From positions 2,232,001-2,296,000 of the forward strand of contig CDRNST010000186.1 in assembly GCA_977016875.1 (NCBI GenBank): 64,000 nt of DNA, given 5' to 3'. The notes under the pieces are model-generated. The model saw only the letters and a program-made list of their open reading frames with translations. It ran no database searches and was not told where the DNA came from. The position numbers and the translations under genes were made by a program. Position 1 is the first letter of the stretch; each line of letters starts with the position of its first letter. Source of the DNA: Pavona decussata (Eukaryota). Below are positions 1 through 11,918 of the stretch, in pieces.

Positions 1-929
1 GTATTTCCAGTATTTCATCATCTCACAATCCAGAATACTTTTATATACCCGTTCCGTTCTAAACAACCAAGGTAAGTTATTTTCTTAAATTGTTCGGTTT
101 CTTTACGCGATAGATTTTGACAGCCTATTTCTAACAGGCAAACTATAGTAAGTCCCTTTCTTTGAAATGAGTTGAAACGGGTGAAAATTTGCAAGTAGAC
201 TGGTCGTAGCCCTCTAACATTACGCCAGCTAGCGCCGACTGTTCAACCGTTTACGCGACTATTTGTGTCTGGATATCTGAGGAAGTTTAATCTCGTAAAT
301 GCACAATTATTTGCCATAAAAATAGTGCACAATTTCAGCTGCCAGAATTAATGAGCAGTAATTACAGCATTGACGAAACGTTTCCCCAGTCCTGATTTGT
401 CACGGACTTGTACTTCTTTCAGAACCCGACGGCTGATTGACGCTTCAGTGAAGTGTCATTAAATTTGTGAAGCCAAGAGCCAGTGCCTTAAGGTAAGAGC
501 AAATACTTTCTTTGTTATTCCTACCGATTTCACAGTCTCATCCACACATACTCACATATCGGCACAGGGCCCATGTGTTTCGAATCATTTCTTCCTCCAC
601 GCAAAATAACAATGGCTGTGAATAAATGTTAACTGTTTTCAGACTGAGAGCATAGTTTGCTAGGAAACTGACCGCGGGATCAGCTTTCTTGGAGTCACAC
701 AAGACTGATGATTTTGCCAGTTGCACCCGAGACAATCAATCCTCTCGAGATACACTGGCTGAGTTAACGCCGGATTCACTTCCTTCTTTGATTATTTTGA
801 TAAAGAACCATTAGAATTGGCTTATCGGACAACGAACAAAGAACCACATGATGCGCTTTATATCACTGAACTGGGAAAAAACCTTTATTTACTTGATCGA
901 ACACAATAGGATTCTAAGAAATACCGGAA

Positions 930-1185
930 ATTGCATCACTAAGGGACTTTCCCATGTCCTTTTTGGTGACCATCCAATCAGATTATAAAAGCGTTGGTAA
1001 AGATGTTAAAGAGTACCTCTGATTGGTCAGGAAAACTGATCAACCAAGAATAACTTGATGACGTCTATCAGTTTTACCAGCATCAGAAGCGGGGAGTTCG
1101 AACGACGACGTTTATTTTGCGTTGGACATATCTCCTTGTTTCCACAATTTCTACCTTGTAGACATAAAATTCGAAAAAGGTAGGT
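930..1185 (+). promoter_or_regulatory. GIY-YIG promoter/first-exon module (upstream of copy 1)
   Basis: ATTGCATCA 930-938, GGGACTTTCC 943-952, CCAAT 974, ATTGG 1022, TGACGTC 1059, donor G|GTAGGT 1180. Confidence 0.7.
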
Positions 1186-1694
1186 TGTTTCCTTATTCTT
1201 TCTTCTTTCATTTCTACAAATTAAGTAAATGCGAGCGGCATATAATCGAAGTTCGGTGAAAATTAATGTACGGAATTAATTGGCGCAACCCGGCGATGAA
1301 AGGCACAAGGCCTAGTGTAGTAGGCTAAAAATTTTTCCGTCCCACGATCTCCAGGAAAGAGAGACCGAAGAAGAAAACTTAAACGGATTTGTTTGCGATT
1401 TAAAGTTGAACCTTCTATAGCAGAACAACAAATTTACAACAATGTTGACGAAAATACGAAAGCGACTTTACCATAATATCATGATCCTCTTGAAAATACT
1501 TGTTAGTTGTTTCATCTTGAATTTAATCTAAGGCCCTGTTTATACGTCGCATTTAATGACACGTATTTAATTGATGAATTTTTTTCGTCTGGGAGACGAA
1601 ATTAAATGTCGGTTCATTTTAGACGTCGAATATAATTTCGATGTCGTTTTGTGACTGCATTGACTTTTGGCAGCGGAGAACTTCCAAAAACAAC

Positions 1695-2990
1695 ATGGCG
1701 GCGTTCAGAGAGGCAGTAATGCTAAAGATTGCTCTAGCGAGGCGAAGGCGTAGGAATTTGTCTTTTCAGATGGCAACGCTTGTAGCAGTAAGACGAAAAT
1801 TCAGGCTTCGACTGCTAGCTTTGTTATGTTTATTACTGCAGCAAGTGGGAGAAGAAGAGGAACGTTTTCGTAGTGTCCGAAGGTGTGAGAGAAATGCTGG
1901 ATGGTGGGAGATGGTGTGGTCAACTTATGACAATTCACGATTCAAGAAAACCTTTCGTGTGACACGCCAAACGTTTTGCTATATACTAGAGAATATCAGG
2001 CAGGATATCACAAAGGATCAGCTGACTGAAATGCCAATTTCTTCGGAGTGCAGATTAGCAATATGTCTTTATCGGCTTGGGAGGGGTGATTACCTGTACA
2101 CAATAGCAGAATTGTTTGGCGTTGGGCTAGCAACTATCCATGTCATTGTTAAGGAAGTCTGCGAAGCAATCGTAAAAAACTTATGGAGGAAGGCAGTGAC
2201 AAATCATTTCCCAACTTCTGAGCAGGATTTTACAGAAGCCATGGTAGACACGAACCAGCTTTGGCAATTTCCTTGGTGTTGGGGAGCGATCGACGGTTGC
2301 CACATCCCAATTCAGTGCCCTCCTGGTGGAGAGGAAGCTTGTAAAGAGTACCATAACTTTAAAAACTTTTTCTCTATTGTTATGATGGCCATTGTCGACG
2401 CTGCGGCAAGATTCATGTGGGTCATCGTGGGTTTCCCTGGTAACTCACATGACTCAATTATTTTTCAGTCTACACAGCTATGGAGTGATATCACGGAAAA
2501 GAAAGTGATCCCTGAAATATCACAAAACATTCACGGAACAGACATTTATCCCATGATTCTAGGGGATTCAGCTTTCCCTTTTCGTATTTGGTTAATAAAA
2601 CCTTACTCCAATGCTGTTCTGAGTGCTGAACAGCACTATTTCAACTACCGCCTCAGCAGGGCAAGGATGGTAACAGAAAGGGCTTTCGGCCAGCTGAAGA
2701 GTCGATGGAGAGTTCTCTACCGTAAATCATCTTGTCAACCTGATACCGTTAAATGCATTGCATTAGCATGTGTTGTTCTTCACAATATCTGTGTAGACAT
2801 GGGTGATTCACTACCATCACAGTTAGACTTAACAGAGGATCCAGCACAACATGGGAGAAGAAGCAGGAAGGAGGTCAGAGAACTGCTGATGATGAGAAAC
2901 TGCACCATGAAGAAGGATAAATCACATCATGCAGAAGAGATAAGAAAAGCGCTTCTCAACAAATTTTGGGAAGAGAAAGAAGGGCAGTAA
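1695..2990 (+). CDS. Harbinger (HARBI1-like, DDE_Tnp_4) transposase
   Basis: Motifs FKKTFRVTRQTF, RLAICLYRLG, GAIDGCH (D), GNSHDS, ILGDSAFP (D), FNYRLSRARMVTERAFGQLKSRWRVL (E), ACVVLHN. Likely start aacATGG at 1695; the ORF is open from 1641. Confidence 0.93.
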   Translation: MAAFREAVMLKIALARRRRRNLSFQMATLVAVRRKFRLRLLALLCLLLQQVGEEEERFRSVRRCERNAGWWEMVWSTYDNSRFKKTFRVTRQTFCYILENIRQDITKDQLTEMPISSECRLAICLYRLGRGDYLYTIAELFGVGLATIHVIVKEVCEAIVKNLWRKAVTNHFPTSEQDFTEAMVDTNQLWQFPWCWGAIDGCHIPIQCPPGGEEACKEYHNFKNFFSIVMMAIVDAAARFMWVIVGFPGNSHDSIIFQSTQLWSDITEKKVIPEISQNIHGTDIYPMILGDSAFPFRIWLIKPYSNAVLSAEQHYFNYRLSRARMVTERAFGQLKSRWRVLYRKSSCQPDTVKCIALACVVLHNICVDMGDSLPSQLDLTEDPAQHGRRSRKEVRELLMMRNCTMKKDKSHHAEEIRKALLNKFWEEKEGQ

Positions 2991-4131
2991 TCTGTCAGCC
3001 CTAACTTTTCTGATCTTCAAAAAGAGCTAAAATGTAACAGCATATAACTAATCAACTGTTCAACCTGGAAATTGTTTTTGATTTACTATTAAATTTTTGA
3101 TGTTTGTCAAGTAGGGATTTTCTATTGGCAAGGGAATTTGCTTGATATAGTTATTAAATAAAGGGAGCATTCTTAAATGAGGGGGTGGGACTCCCACTAA
3201 AAAGTATGCAACACATCGTGATAGTCAATATGCTGTTACACTTGTTGGACCACTGAATTAAGCCGTTTGAGTATAGGGCATTTTCAAAAAGTACCATAAT
3301 ACTCTCTTTTCCCTCCATAACTTTGCATAAGCAATGTTTTTAATATAAATTACAGTATCTTGCGAGAGTTTAAAGTCCCATGAGAAATTGGAAACAATGC
3401 TCATGCAACATTTTGGAAGGGCAAAAAAAATTATGATATTTTTGAAAGTTGAGTTTTCAATTTGGGGTGAAATAATATACAAACATTTTAAGCATATTAC
3501 CCTGAAGTATATTATTAACAACCTCTATGAGGAATTGTACTACAGGACTTGAGTTAGGGTGATTATACTTTGATGAATAAATGTTGTGTGGTTTCACAAG
3601 AAAAAAAAAAGTCCAAAAGCAATGATAATAAAATCATGACAATTGGTATGGTGTGTCTGTTGTAGGTAACACCTATTCTTATATGTAAACGCGTTTGTAA
3701 CCTAGGTTGAGTCAGAATTACCTTTGTCTCCTAACCCTAATTACTCACGATCATGAATTATTAGGGATAGCAAACAAAGGAAACTCCAGTTTAAGCTGAG
3801 AACGGATTTTACCTACAACATATCTACCGTTTGACAAGGCCTTAAGAAACAAACATGGGTATGTTAACCAAACTTTATTGTAGCTTTATAACTATTTTAA
3901 GTTCTTTAAAATGTCAACTTTGCAACAGATGTTTGTTAATGAAACAAACTGAAACATATTGACAAAGACCTTCAATGTTGTTTAAGGAGTATTTACTCTT
4001 TTCAAAACCACTGTTTTGATGAGAAGCTTATTACCAAAATATGTCTAAACCAAGTAGAAAATGCAACAAAAATGGATCTTGCATGTTTTGTTCAACAGAT
4101 TCTTAAACATGCAAATGTCAGAAAATCAGAG

Positions 4132-5346
4132 TCAATAAAAGTATTGCGTGAAACCATCAGCAGTCTCAGGGGGGTACATAATTCCTGTTTGAGTTTGGTT
4201 TCCTAGCACACCATTGTTGGAAAACATAGGTGTGCTGCTATATGAACCATGATGTTGATAGTGTTGGAAGGGTTGCTGACCTGAACCCAACAGTATGTCC
4301 AAATACCTTTTCTCTTGTTCTCTTGCTAGTTTCATCTCCTCGTGAATGCCTTCCAAGAGCTGTTTAGTTGGGTCATTCTCAATTACAGATCTTATTAAAT
4401 CTACAGCTGATGTAATTTGGTCTGATTTATGTTTTCTACCCTTCTTCTTAACTGGTACAAACATGCTCTTCTCAGGAGGCTCCTTTATACTACCTTCGAC
4501 AGTACTGCAATCACTGCTCTCATGCTCAATGATTTCTTTGGCACTACTCTCATTGGCTGAAGGTTCACGAGCTTGCTCAGGCTGACATGAATCACGTGAC
4601 TTTACTATAGGGTAGAGTAGGTCGAACCACTTTCCATATCCTTTCTCGTCAGTCAGCCTCTTCACTCCACTTGCTGTCTTTACGGTAAGACAGATCTTCT
4701 TGCATGTGGCTACACACCATTTAAACTTGGTTCTCATCTGCTCTACTGTGAACGGGAATGAATCTTCATATTGTTCGTTCAGTTTATTTAACACAGACTG
4801 ATAAGCCTCAGTGTTGTATGCTTTCTTGGTGTTCGTGAAAACCAGCTTCCGAAGAATGTTCTCGTCATTGACAACTATGTTTACCATGTCAGTCACCTGG
4901 GTCTCCAACCACGTTGCTTTTCTACCACGCTTCTTCACTTTTACCGCGGTTTCCTCGGGGCTCTCGCTATCACCATCTTCAGGCTGCTTTCTGCGTTTTT
5001 TGTTGGGGACTTGTGGCTCCTTTTCCTCGCTGTCACTGCTTAAATATGAATCTTGATCATTCTGTTTCGATAGCGAAGATGTTTCATCTACGAAATTTGC
5101 CGAGATATATGCTTCTGGGCTACGAGGAGTGGATGTTCGTGTATAAATTCTTGCACAAGGAAGACAGTACCCAACTCGTTTTCCCGGCTCCCATCCCTCC
5201 GCCTCTTCATCCAGTTCAGCCACAGAACATTCGAAACGAACACATACAGGTTTGTCACATGAAATGCAACTGTATTTCGTTTTAGCATCGCATGACCAAC
5301 AAGTCTGATTCAACGTTTTTCGGAAAAGGGCTCCTGCAGTCGCCAT
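4132..5346 (-). CDS. Harbinger ORF2: Myb/SANT-like DNA-binding protein with N-terminal Cys-rich (zinc-finger-like) region
   Basis: W(LETQV)...Y...FTVEQMRTKFKWC...GYGKWFDLLY pattern typical of Harbinger Myb/SANT proteins. N-terminal CWSC..CISC..C..C..CLPC, basic NLS-like patches. Lies inside the TIRs. Likely start aacATGG at 5346; the ORF is open from 5391. Confidence 0.85.
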   Translation of the reverse strand: MATAGALFRKTLNQTCWSCDAKTKYSCISCDKPVCVRFECSVAELDEEAEGWEPGKRVGYCLPCARIYTRTSTPRSPEAYISANFVDETSSLSKQNDQDSYLSSDSEEKEPQVPNKKRRKQPEDGDSESPEETAVKVKKRGRKATWLETQVTDMVNIVVNDENILRKLVFTNTKKAYNTEAYQSVLNKLNEQYEDSFPFTVEQMRTKFKWCVATCKKICLTVKTASGVKRLTDEKGYGKWFDLLYPIVKSRDSCQPEQAREPSANESSAKEIIEHESSDCSTVEGSIKEPPEKSMFVPVKKKGRKHKSDQITSAVDLIRSVIENDPTKQLLEGIHEEMKLAREQEKRYLDILLGSGQQPFQHYQHHGSYSSTPMFSNNGVLGNQTQTGIMYPPETADGFTQYFY

Positions 5347-6353
5347 GTTTTCTATTTTCGCGGGACCACGCATCGTACGCATGCTATGCACGTGAAAACT
5401 GTGAGCGTGGGCTCAAAATTAGCCGGTGGAATAATTTATGTCGGCGAAAAATAATGTATGCATTTACTTTGATGCGACTGAAACGCGACGTATAAAAGTG
5501 ACACGCATTTCAGACGTTTTATCCGTCTGGGGCACACGGATAAAACGTCTGGACGAATATAATTTAACAGGAGAAATTCGGTTCGTTTTATACGTCGCTT
5601 TACCGTCGAAGAAAATTGCTGGAATTAGATTCGTGTGAATTAAATTCGTCTCTAATGCGACGTATAAACAGGGCCTAACTGACATGGAGGAGATTGAACA
5701 CCAACGAGCTTATGAACTTGATTTTTTTTAGATCAAGATCTCAAAGACTAACTGACAGAAAACAAAGATTTGTTGTATTTTTGTCGAAGGTAAGGACAGC
5801 AGTTTCTTCACCGAATGCCTGTTAAGTGTCGCGGCGCATAACCCGTCAGGATAGATGACGGGCTTCACAATTTCTCCATATATCCGTACGAAGTAACGTG
5901 TCGGCAGTCCTTGCTACTTATACAATGTGATAGGCAATCAAGAATCCATGTTCGTTTTCTGTTGGGAAGAGCCGTTCGTTTCATTCTAGTCAATCTTGAC
6001 TGTCTTATTTTAACTTTTACTGAACGGCTCGGCGCTAGAAACGGTTCGACCGTTTTCATTGTCGGTTGAAAAACACTTTATTGACGCTCGAAACCGGGTG
6101 TAAAACCGATAACTACAATTTGGCTATCGCTTAAAATCTTGTCAGTCAAAGCTGATGCTTTTATACCTTGCACTTATTGCGCCTGAGAGGCAAATTTGAT
6201 GAAAGTTTTCTTAGAAATCGGTTATTGGAGCGTGGCGTTTCCACGAACTCTCAATAAGCTCAACGACAACATTATCAGAGTGATTTGAAAGTTTATATAG
6301 TTTCTAGGGTAGAAGATAATGCTAATGAATTGTTTTTGCCTCTAGATACCGAG

Positions 6354-6803
6354 ATGAGAACACGGCAAATTTGCGATAAACTGTGCAAGATGAATTGGCA
6401 AAGGTATGATGTCTCCACAGTACCCTGCCAAAAGCGGGGTATTTATGCCATTGGCGGGAAAGTTGGTAGCAAGCCTATTAAGTACCTATACATGGGGAGA
6501 TCCAAGAATATCAAGAAAAGATTGCAGCAACACAAATCAGGCAATCAGGCAATCGACAAAAGAGTGGCCTGGAAATTTAAACACAATAAAGAGTCAGATC
6601 TACGTATCAAACACGTGCATGAAGCGAGGCACAAATCAAAAGAAGCGGAGTATCTGGATTGTCTGGCTAAAAAGATTGGGTATTATCCAACTCTAAATAA
6701 ACGCAGAGGAGACGGTCCAAGTGGAGGGAAAGCGCGTCCCAGTAAGAGCGAGAAGGCAGAATATTTTCTCGTCTCACTGATCCGTAAAGTCTTGTACGGG
6801 TAG
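6354..6803 (+). CDS. Stand-alone GIY-YIG nuclease, copy 1 (149 aa, basic)
   Basis: GIYAIG...YLYMGRSKNIKKRLQQH...KEAEYLDC...PTLN, with all catalytic Y/Y/G/R/H/E/N positions present. Acceptor ttgcctctAG (6344-45) 8 nt before the ATG; AATAAA at 6858. Confidence 0.88.
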   Translation: MRTRQICDKLCKMNWQRYDVSTVPCQKRGIYAIGGKVGSKPIKYLYMGRSKNIKKRLQQHKSGNQAIDKRVAWKFKHNKESDLRIKHVHEARHKSKEAEYLDCLAKKIGYYPTLNKRRGDGPSGGKARPSKSEKAEYFLVSLIRKVLYG

Positions 6804-8647
6804 TAGCCGGCCCTGACTAATTGACCTCAATTTGACTTCGCTATACTCGACATTACTAATAAAGAAATACATTATAGTTTTCCTTAAGAAGACTTTAACG
6901 CTGCTAGTTTAAAATAAGCCTCTTTTGACAGGGCAGAGCATGACACTTTCCAATAAAGGAGTTTTTTCGTTGTGATAGTTGGCTTTTTTAGGATGAATTG
7001 ATAAACCTGCTTTGCACGATATATAACATTGCTTTTTTCTCATATCAAGACTCAGTTAGAGTCGACGAAAAAAAAAAACTTTTCTTTGTAATGTTGATTG
7101 GTTTATGCTTAGTTTTAGATATTGTATTGCTACAGTTAATGCTCGTGTACTTTTTGATTCAATAAAAAGCGTTTGAGGTCGTTATTCTGTCAACTTTTAT
7201 TAGGGTTTCACGTTCTATCACTCAGTCCACGCGTTTACTTAATGTCACTGCCTTTGTTATCCGGCTTCTTAAAACAGAAAACACTTAGTATTGTTTGATC
7301 CCAGCGTTTTAAGTTTTAACATTGTGTCCAGTGTCTTCGAATCATTAACTTCTCTCAATTTTTTCTTTTTCTCCTATTTACGTTTTTATTTATTTATTTA
7401 TTCATTTATTTATTTCAATCCCAGGGAAATAATTCTGAACTTGACTTGTGTGAAGGTGTAAGGGTTCTCTAGTTACGTTCTGTAGCGTGGCAACGGGAGA
7501 AGACCTGTGATCATGACAAGAACAATGATGCCGAGGACAATGACAATTGATTCCATAAGCATTAACAAAACGACGAAAAACTTTAGCTTGTCTCAAACTA
7601 ATCCCGTTGGGTACTTCTCTGAATTTTGGTGGAGTTTTGTTGCTCGGTTCTCCACACACTGGCCCTATTTCAGATCAAAATATGCAAATTTCTTGTACCC
7701 TAGAACTGGTCTTTGGAGTCTATACCCGTTTATTTAAAATCTGTACCCATTTTCAGACTTTCAGACGAAAATTGTTAAAATCTATGGGGCATAAAACACT
7801 GCTCCACAGTGGAAAGTACCATTCTGATTAATTCACTCAGCGGGATGAATGTTGACATACAGGCTTCAAAGATCGCTCATGACCTGGCAGTGCCCCATCA
7901 CTGAAACAGACAAAGATTGCCTTAGCAGTCCCATACATAACTCATAGTTTCATAGCACAAGTTCAGTGATCAGTATCTATGAGCTACTTGTAAGAAAGCT
8001 TAAAATATTATTGCTATCTCCTGTCTACACAGGTGAAAACGTAGCAACACTTGGAAGTCTATCTTTATCGGGGGGGGGGGGGAGGGGGTGGGTTGGGGGT
8101 GCTAAGAGTCTAAGATCTAAACCTTGGTTAGGTATTGCCTGGTTTCTAGGCCTCTCTCTGTCTCTCACCGGCCGTTCGTCTTGGATACCTCACTGAGACG
8201 AATTGAATGTGAGGCCCTGGGAGAAAGCCGTACAGGAACTAGGCAAGTTTAGGACAAACATCCTTGATCTTATGATCCTGTTAGGGCTTGCAAAAATACT
8301 GAGAATATTTTACAACAACATTTCTTCAACCATACCCTGTTTAGGACAGGATCAGAGCTGATTAGACCCTGTTCAGGAACAGAGGTCAAAAACCACACCC
8401 TGTCTAGTGGCACATCTCCATCTAGGCTAAATAAGGGAGTAACCCCACCTCCCTGGTGTCACTACATTTTATTAAAACAATGTGATGAACAGCAAAAGAC
8501 AGAATGGGAAAAGACTCCAATGGTAAAATACAACTCACTGGTCATGCAACAAACCACAGAAAAATATTGGTATGATACAAAGATATGGCTGCAATGGAAG
8601 ATGCAAACTATGTACAGTTCAGCAAAAATAATCAACCATACTACCTG

Positions 8648-9180
8648 CAGTGGAACCTGTATTAAGTGGTCACCCGCGGGAAATGGCTAAGTGACTGCCT
8701 ATTACAGGTTGACCGCTCAGTACAGGTTTCATAAAATACATGTCAAACATCATAAAAGCAACATTTTCTATAACATTTAATAACTTTGTGTACAGTTCAT
8801 GCACCAAACCACTCAAAAAATCACTTACCTGGTTAAGAAAGTTCAGAGATAAAATGGTATGTCAAAGGAGAACATGGTATAGTTAAATATGCCAAGATAG
8901 TAGTACTGAGTCAGTATTGTAGATCATTAGAAATGCAATTGCCTGGCACAATATTTGTTACCATATTTGAGTGGTTTCCTTTTATAAAGTGACTGTTTAA
9001 AACAGGTCAAGACAATAGAAACAGCCCATTAAGACTTAGTAATTTTAGGGTGACTGTGACCCGCTTAATAGATGTGACCATTTGATATAGGTTACTGTAA
9101 TAAATATAAAGGAGGTAATTTTCAGGAAATTAAAAAAAACTGACCACTTAGTATAGTGCTGTTTAATACAGGTGCGACTG
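8648..9180. mobile_element. Tc1/pogo-like MITE
   Basis: Imperfect TIRs CAGTGGAACCTGTATTAAG ... TTTAATACAGGTGCGACTG, TA on the right flank, internal repeats of the TTAATA(C)AGGT type. Confidence 0.55.
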
Positions 9181-10647
9181 TAATTCTCATTTTCTATATA
9201 CTTAGATATTTTTATATGTGCTACAGAGAGATGATATCAAGTAGATTGGGGTCTGTAAAAGTAAATGCTACTCTGTTGGGGGTTGAGTTAATGGGTCAAG
9301 GTTCTGTGTGTCATTGTTTTTACAATTCTGTGGATCCAATATAAAAAATGCGTTGATCACAGCTTTAAAAGTATATGCTTTATTTTATGAACTTCTGGCA
9401 CTTTAAGTTGTACCTGCTACCAAATTGCCCATGGTTCCACTGGGCACAAAAATGGCACCTTCTTTTCCAGTTTATTCTAAAACGATTTTTCTGTAGGGCT
9501 GATTAGAAACAATGATAATCACACTGGAGTTTGGAAGCACTGACAAAACATTAAACAGCAATAATTACTCAGACTAATGAACTTAATTAAAAAGTAATGA
9601 AGTTCCTGCCAAGAGATTTATCTACAATTACGTGGACAAATTGAAATTAATTACTATAGACAAATGCAAAATAGACATGTGCATGTCTCTCTTGTACCCT
9701 GAAAAAGAAAACATACATGTAAGACAAACAAAGGGTCAACAAAGGTAAGGTAGCAGAAATCCTTTGTCTTCTTCCACAACCTCAAACTTGTTTCAGTATA
9801 ATGAATAATCTCTAAGGCTTCTGTTGGGTGTCTAGGAAAACAAAGACCTAGCTGCGACCCATAAAAAAAAGAAGACCTTTAGAACAAAGGGCACTTTCCA
9901 AAGTTTTGTCAGAAATGGCTGGCCAGATTGATCATTTCGCAAATGGAAAGCACAAATATTTGGAATGAAAGTTTCTATGCCACTTTTTAGAATTCCTTCA
10001 AAACAGCGCACTGTACTTTCAGAATGTGTCGCTTTTTGAAGAATTCCAAGAATCACTTGTTCAAATTAGTACACTCCATTTACGGAATGAGCGGTCTGGC
10101 TGGCCAGTTCTGAAAAATGGAAAGAGCCCTAAGACGTAAAGAAAACAGAAAACGAAGAACTCTTCATCTTCACTTCCTATAGGTATTTGTTTTTTAGGTC
10201 ATTTGATTCTGTAGCCCAACTTATGGTGTAGTAGCCAATTGGCGATCAAAGCTCATGCACATTATGCAACAGTCAGTTCCAAGAGTGCAGTTAATGAGTG
10301 AGAATTTATTGTCTTTATATTTGTTGGTGAATTTTTCAACTTTTTTTGTTTTCCTTGTGATTTCTTTACCCTCCCTAAATTCTGTTTGCATTGTTCCAAA
10401 AGTCTTGATTATAATAAATATAATAACATTAACTTTATCCTTTAATAGTTGTAAGTCTGGCGTGGCTAGATTAACTCTCGCTAGCTGCAAGCCAGTCTCT
10501 TTTGCTTATGTTTTTTTTTTTTCTTGCTGGATTTTTTAATAAACATTGAATAAACATTGACGCAAGTCAACAGTATTGTGAGATTCTCAGTTCTTAGTTT
10601 AACACTCCTATAATAGCTTGTGCTTATCCCAGGAGGTTCTTAAGACA

Positions 10648-11118
10648 ATGCATCCGTCAATTCTAGCTGTGCCCATCCCCCCCGCCGGGGCAATAGTGGG
10701 GCATTTTCCCACACTGTCCATCCCGGGGAGACTTCCACCCAATAACCCCGGGGCATTTGACCATCTCACTTTTTTTACCCTACAGCATTTGTCGCTTCCT
10801 TAATGACAAATTCATCGGCAATTATACAGTAAGTTTCTTATTGAACACGTCTAGATAGGACATAAAATGGGACGCTAGAGCTGTAGAATGACCTATTTTT
10901 GCACTAACTATGGGAAGCAGGACCAGCTATGACTTAATTTGGCCTGAATAAGCTTACATTTTTGACATATTTGAGCCACCACCCCAGGGCATTTGAACAA
11001 CTATTAAATTGTCCCGGCGGTGGGCCATTTGCCAGTTTATTTTCAAAAAATCCTAATTCCGGGGGGTCAGCCCGGGAATGGGGGGATGGGCACTGTTGGA
11101 ATCAGTTGACTGATGCAT
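10648..11118. mobile_element. MITE with ATGCATC(A)GTCAATT...GTGCCCATCCCCCC TIRs
   Basis: Inverted termini atgcatccgtcaattctagctgtgcccatcccccc / ggggggatgggcactgttggaatcagttgactgatgcat. A related partial copy lies at ~12150-12305. Confidence 0.6.
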
Positions 11119-11137
11119 AACAATCACAAATTTATGA

Positions 11138-11918
11138 GGTTGTGTTTTCACTAGGACAATTTTAGCTAGATAAAGTTAGGAAAACCCGGAAATACAGTGA
11201 AAACACTTTGTCTAGTGTTTAGCGAGTTAACGGTACCAACTGTTTTCACAAGGAAAAACAACGGGTTTTCTCGCCTTTACGACAGAAAACTCACGCAGAG
11301 TTATACTACCTCGCAAGATGGTTGAACTTGTCCCGACAAATACCGCAGCCAATCGCATCGCCTGTAGTGACAGACGCCTGCCAAACAATCGGGCAAAATT
11401 ATTTTCCAGACGCTCGACTCGTGGTTCTTTCGAAACAAAACCTTGTTTGCTTGTAAACATGGCTGACGAATTGCAAAACACTTCACAATACTTTCGCCGT
11501 TTTACAATTCCTCCAGACCCGTTGGATGCTCAGATCTCTCGTCCAGGGCCTTACCTGTTTCATGTATCGGCATGCAGAATCAGCTCCCACATTACGGGCA
11601 ACCAGCAGTTGAATTGCCAGGATTACAACATTCTGTTGCAGCCTCGGCATTTGCTGAGACATTAATCGCATCCTATGAACGAAACTCCTTCTCTTTTTGC
11701 AAAAATATAGCGAGAATCAGTACAAGTGAACTCATTAATTTTTCCTCTCCTGCCATTTTTGAAAGTTGCGCGGATTTGTAATTTGAATTTTCCCAGTTAT
11801 TAGTGGCTTAAAATTTCCCAGTAAAACAGATGTCATGTTTAACTAGCTAATGTCGGTTTGTAAACAAACATCTAGGAAGAATGTTCAGCTAGTTAATCGG
11901 CCTAGTGTAAACACAGCC
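11138..11918. mobile_element. Non-autonomous Harbinger/Tourist-like element
   Basis: 18-bp TIRs GGTTGTGTTTTCACTAGG / CCTAGTGTAAACACAGCC (16/18 match) and a 3-bp TGA duplication (11135-37, 11919-21). Confidence 0.75.

Larger units (their letters stand above)
1532..5675. mobile_element. Autonomous PIF/Harbinger DNA transposon (4144 bp)
   Basis: Perfect 22-bp TIRs GGCCCTGTTTATACGTCGCATT (1532-1553 / 5654-5675) and a TAA target duplication (1529-1531, 5676-5678). Two convergent ORFs (transposase and Myb/SANT-like). The empty site AATC-TAA-CTGACATGG is present in paralogous segments at ~36455 and ~42237. Confidence 0.96.

Noticed and set aside
538-735. Repeated short ORFs (538-735/41239-41436; 18539, 36331, 22561, 35361, 44252 etc.)
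   Set aside because: They recur only because intronic/promoter DNA is duplicated. Frames break between copies and there are no recognisable domains.
4346-5288. Overlapping ORFs within Harbinger ORF2, and antisense ORFs over the nuclease CDSs (15850, 19715, 19834, 24698, 51853)
   Set aside because: Shadow frames of real coding sequence.
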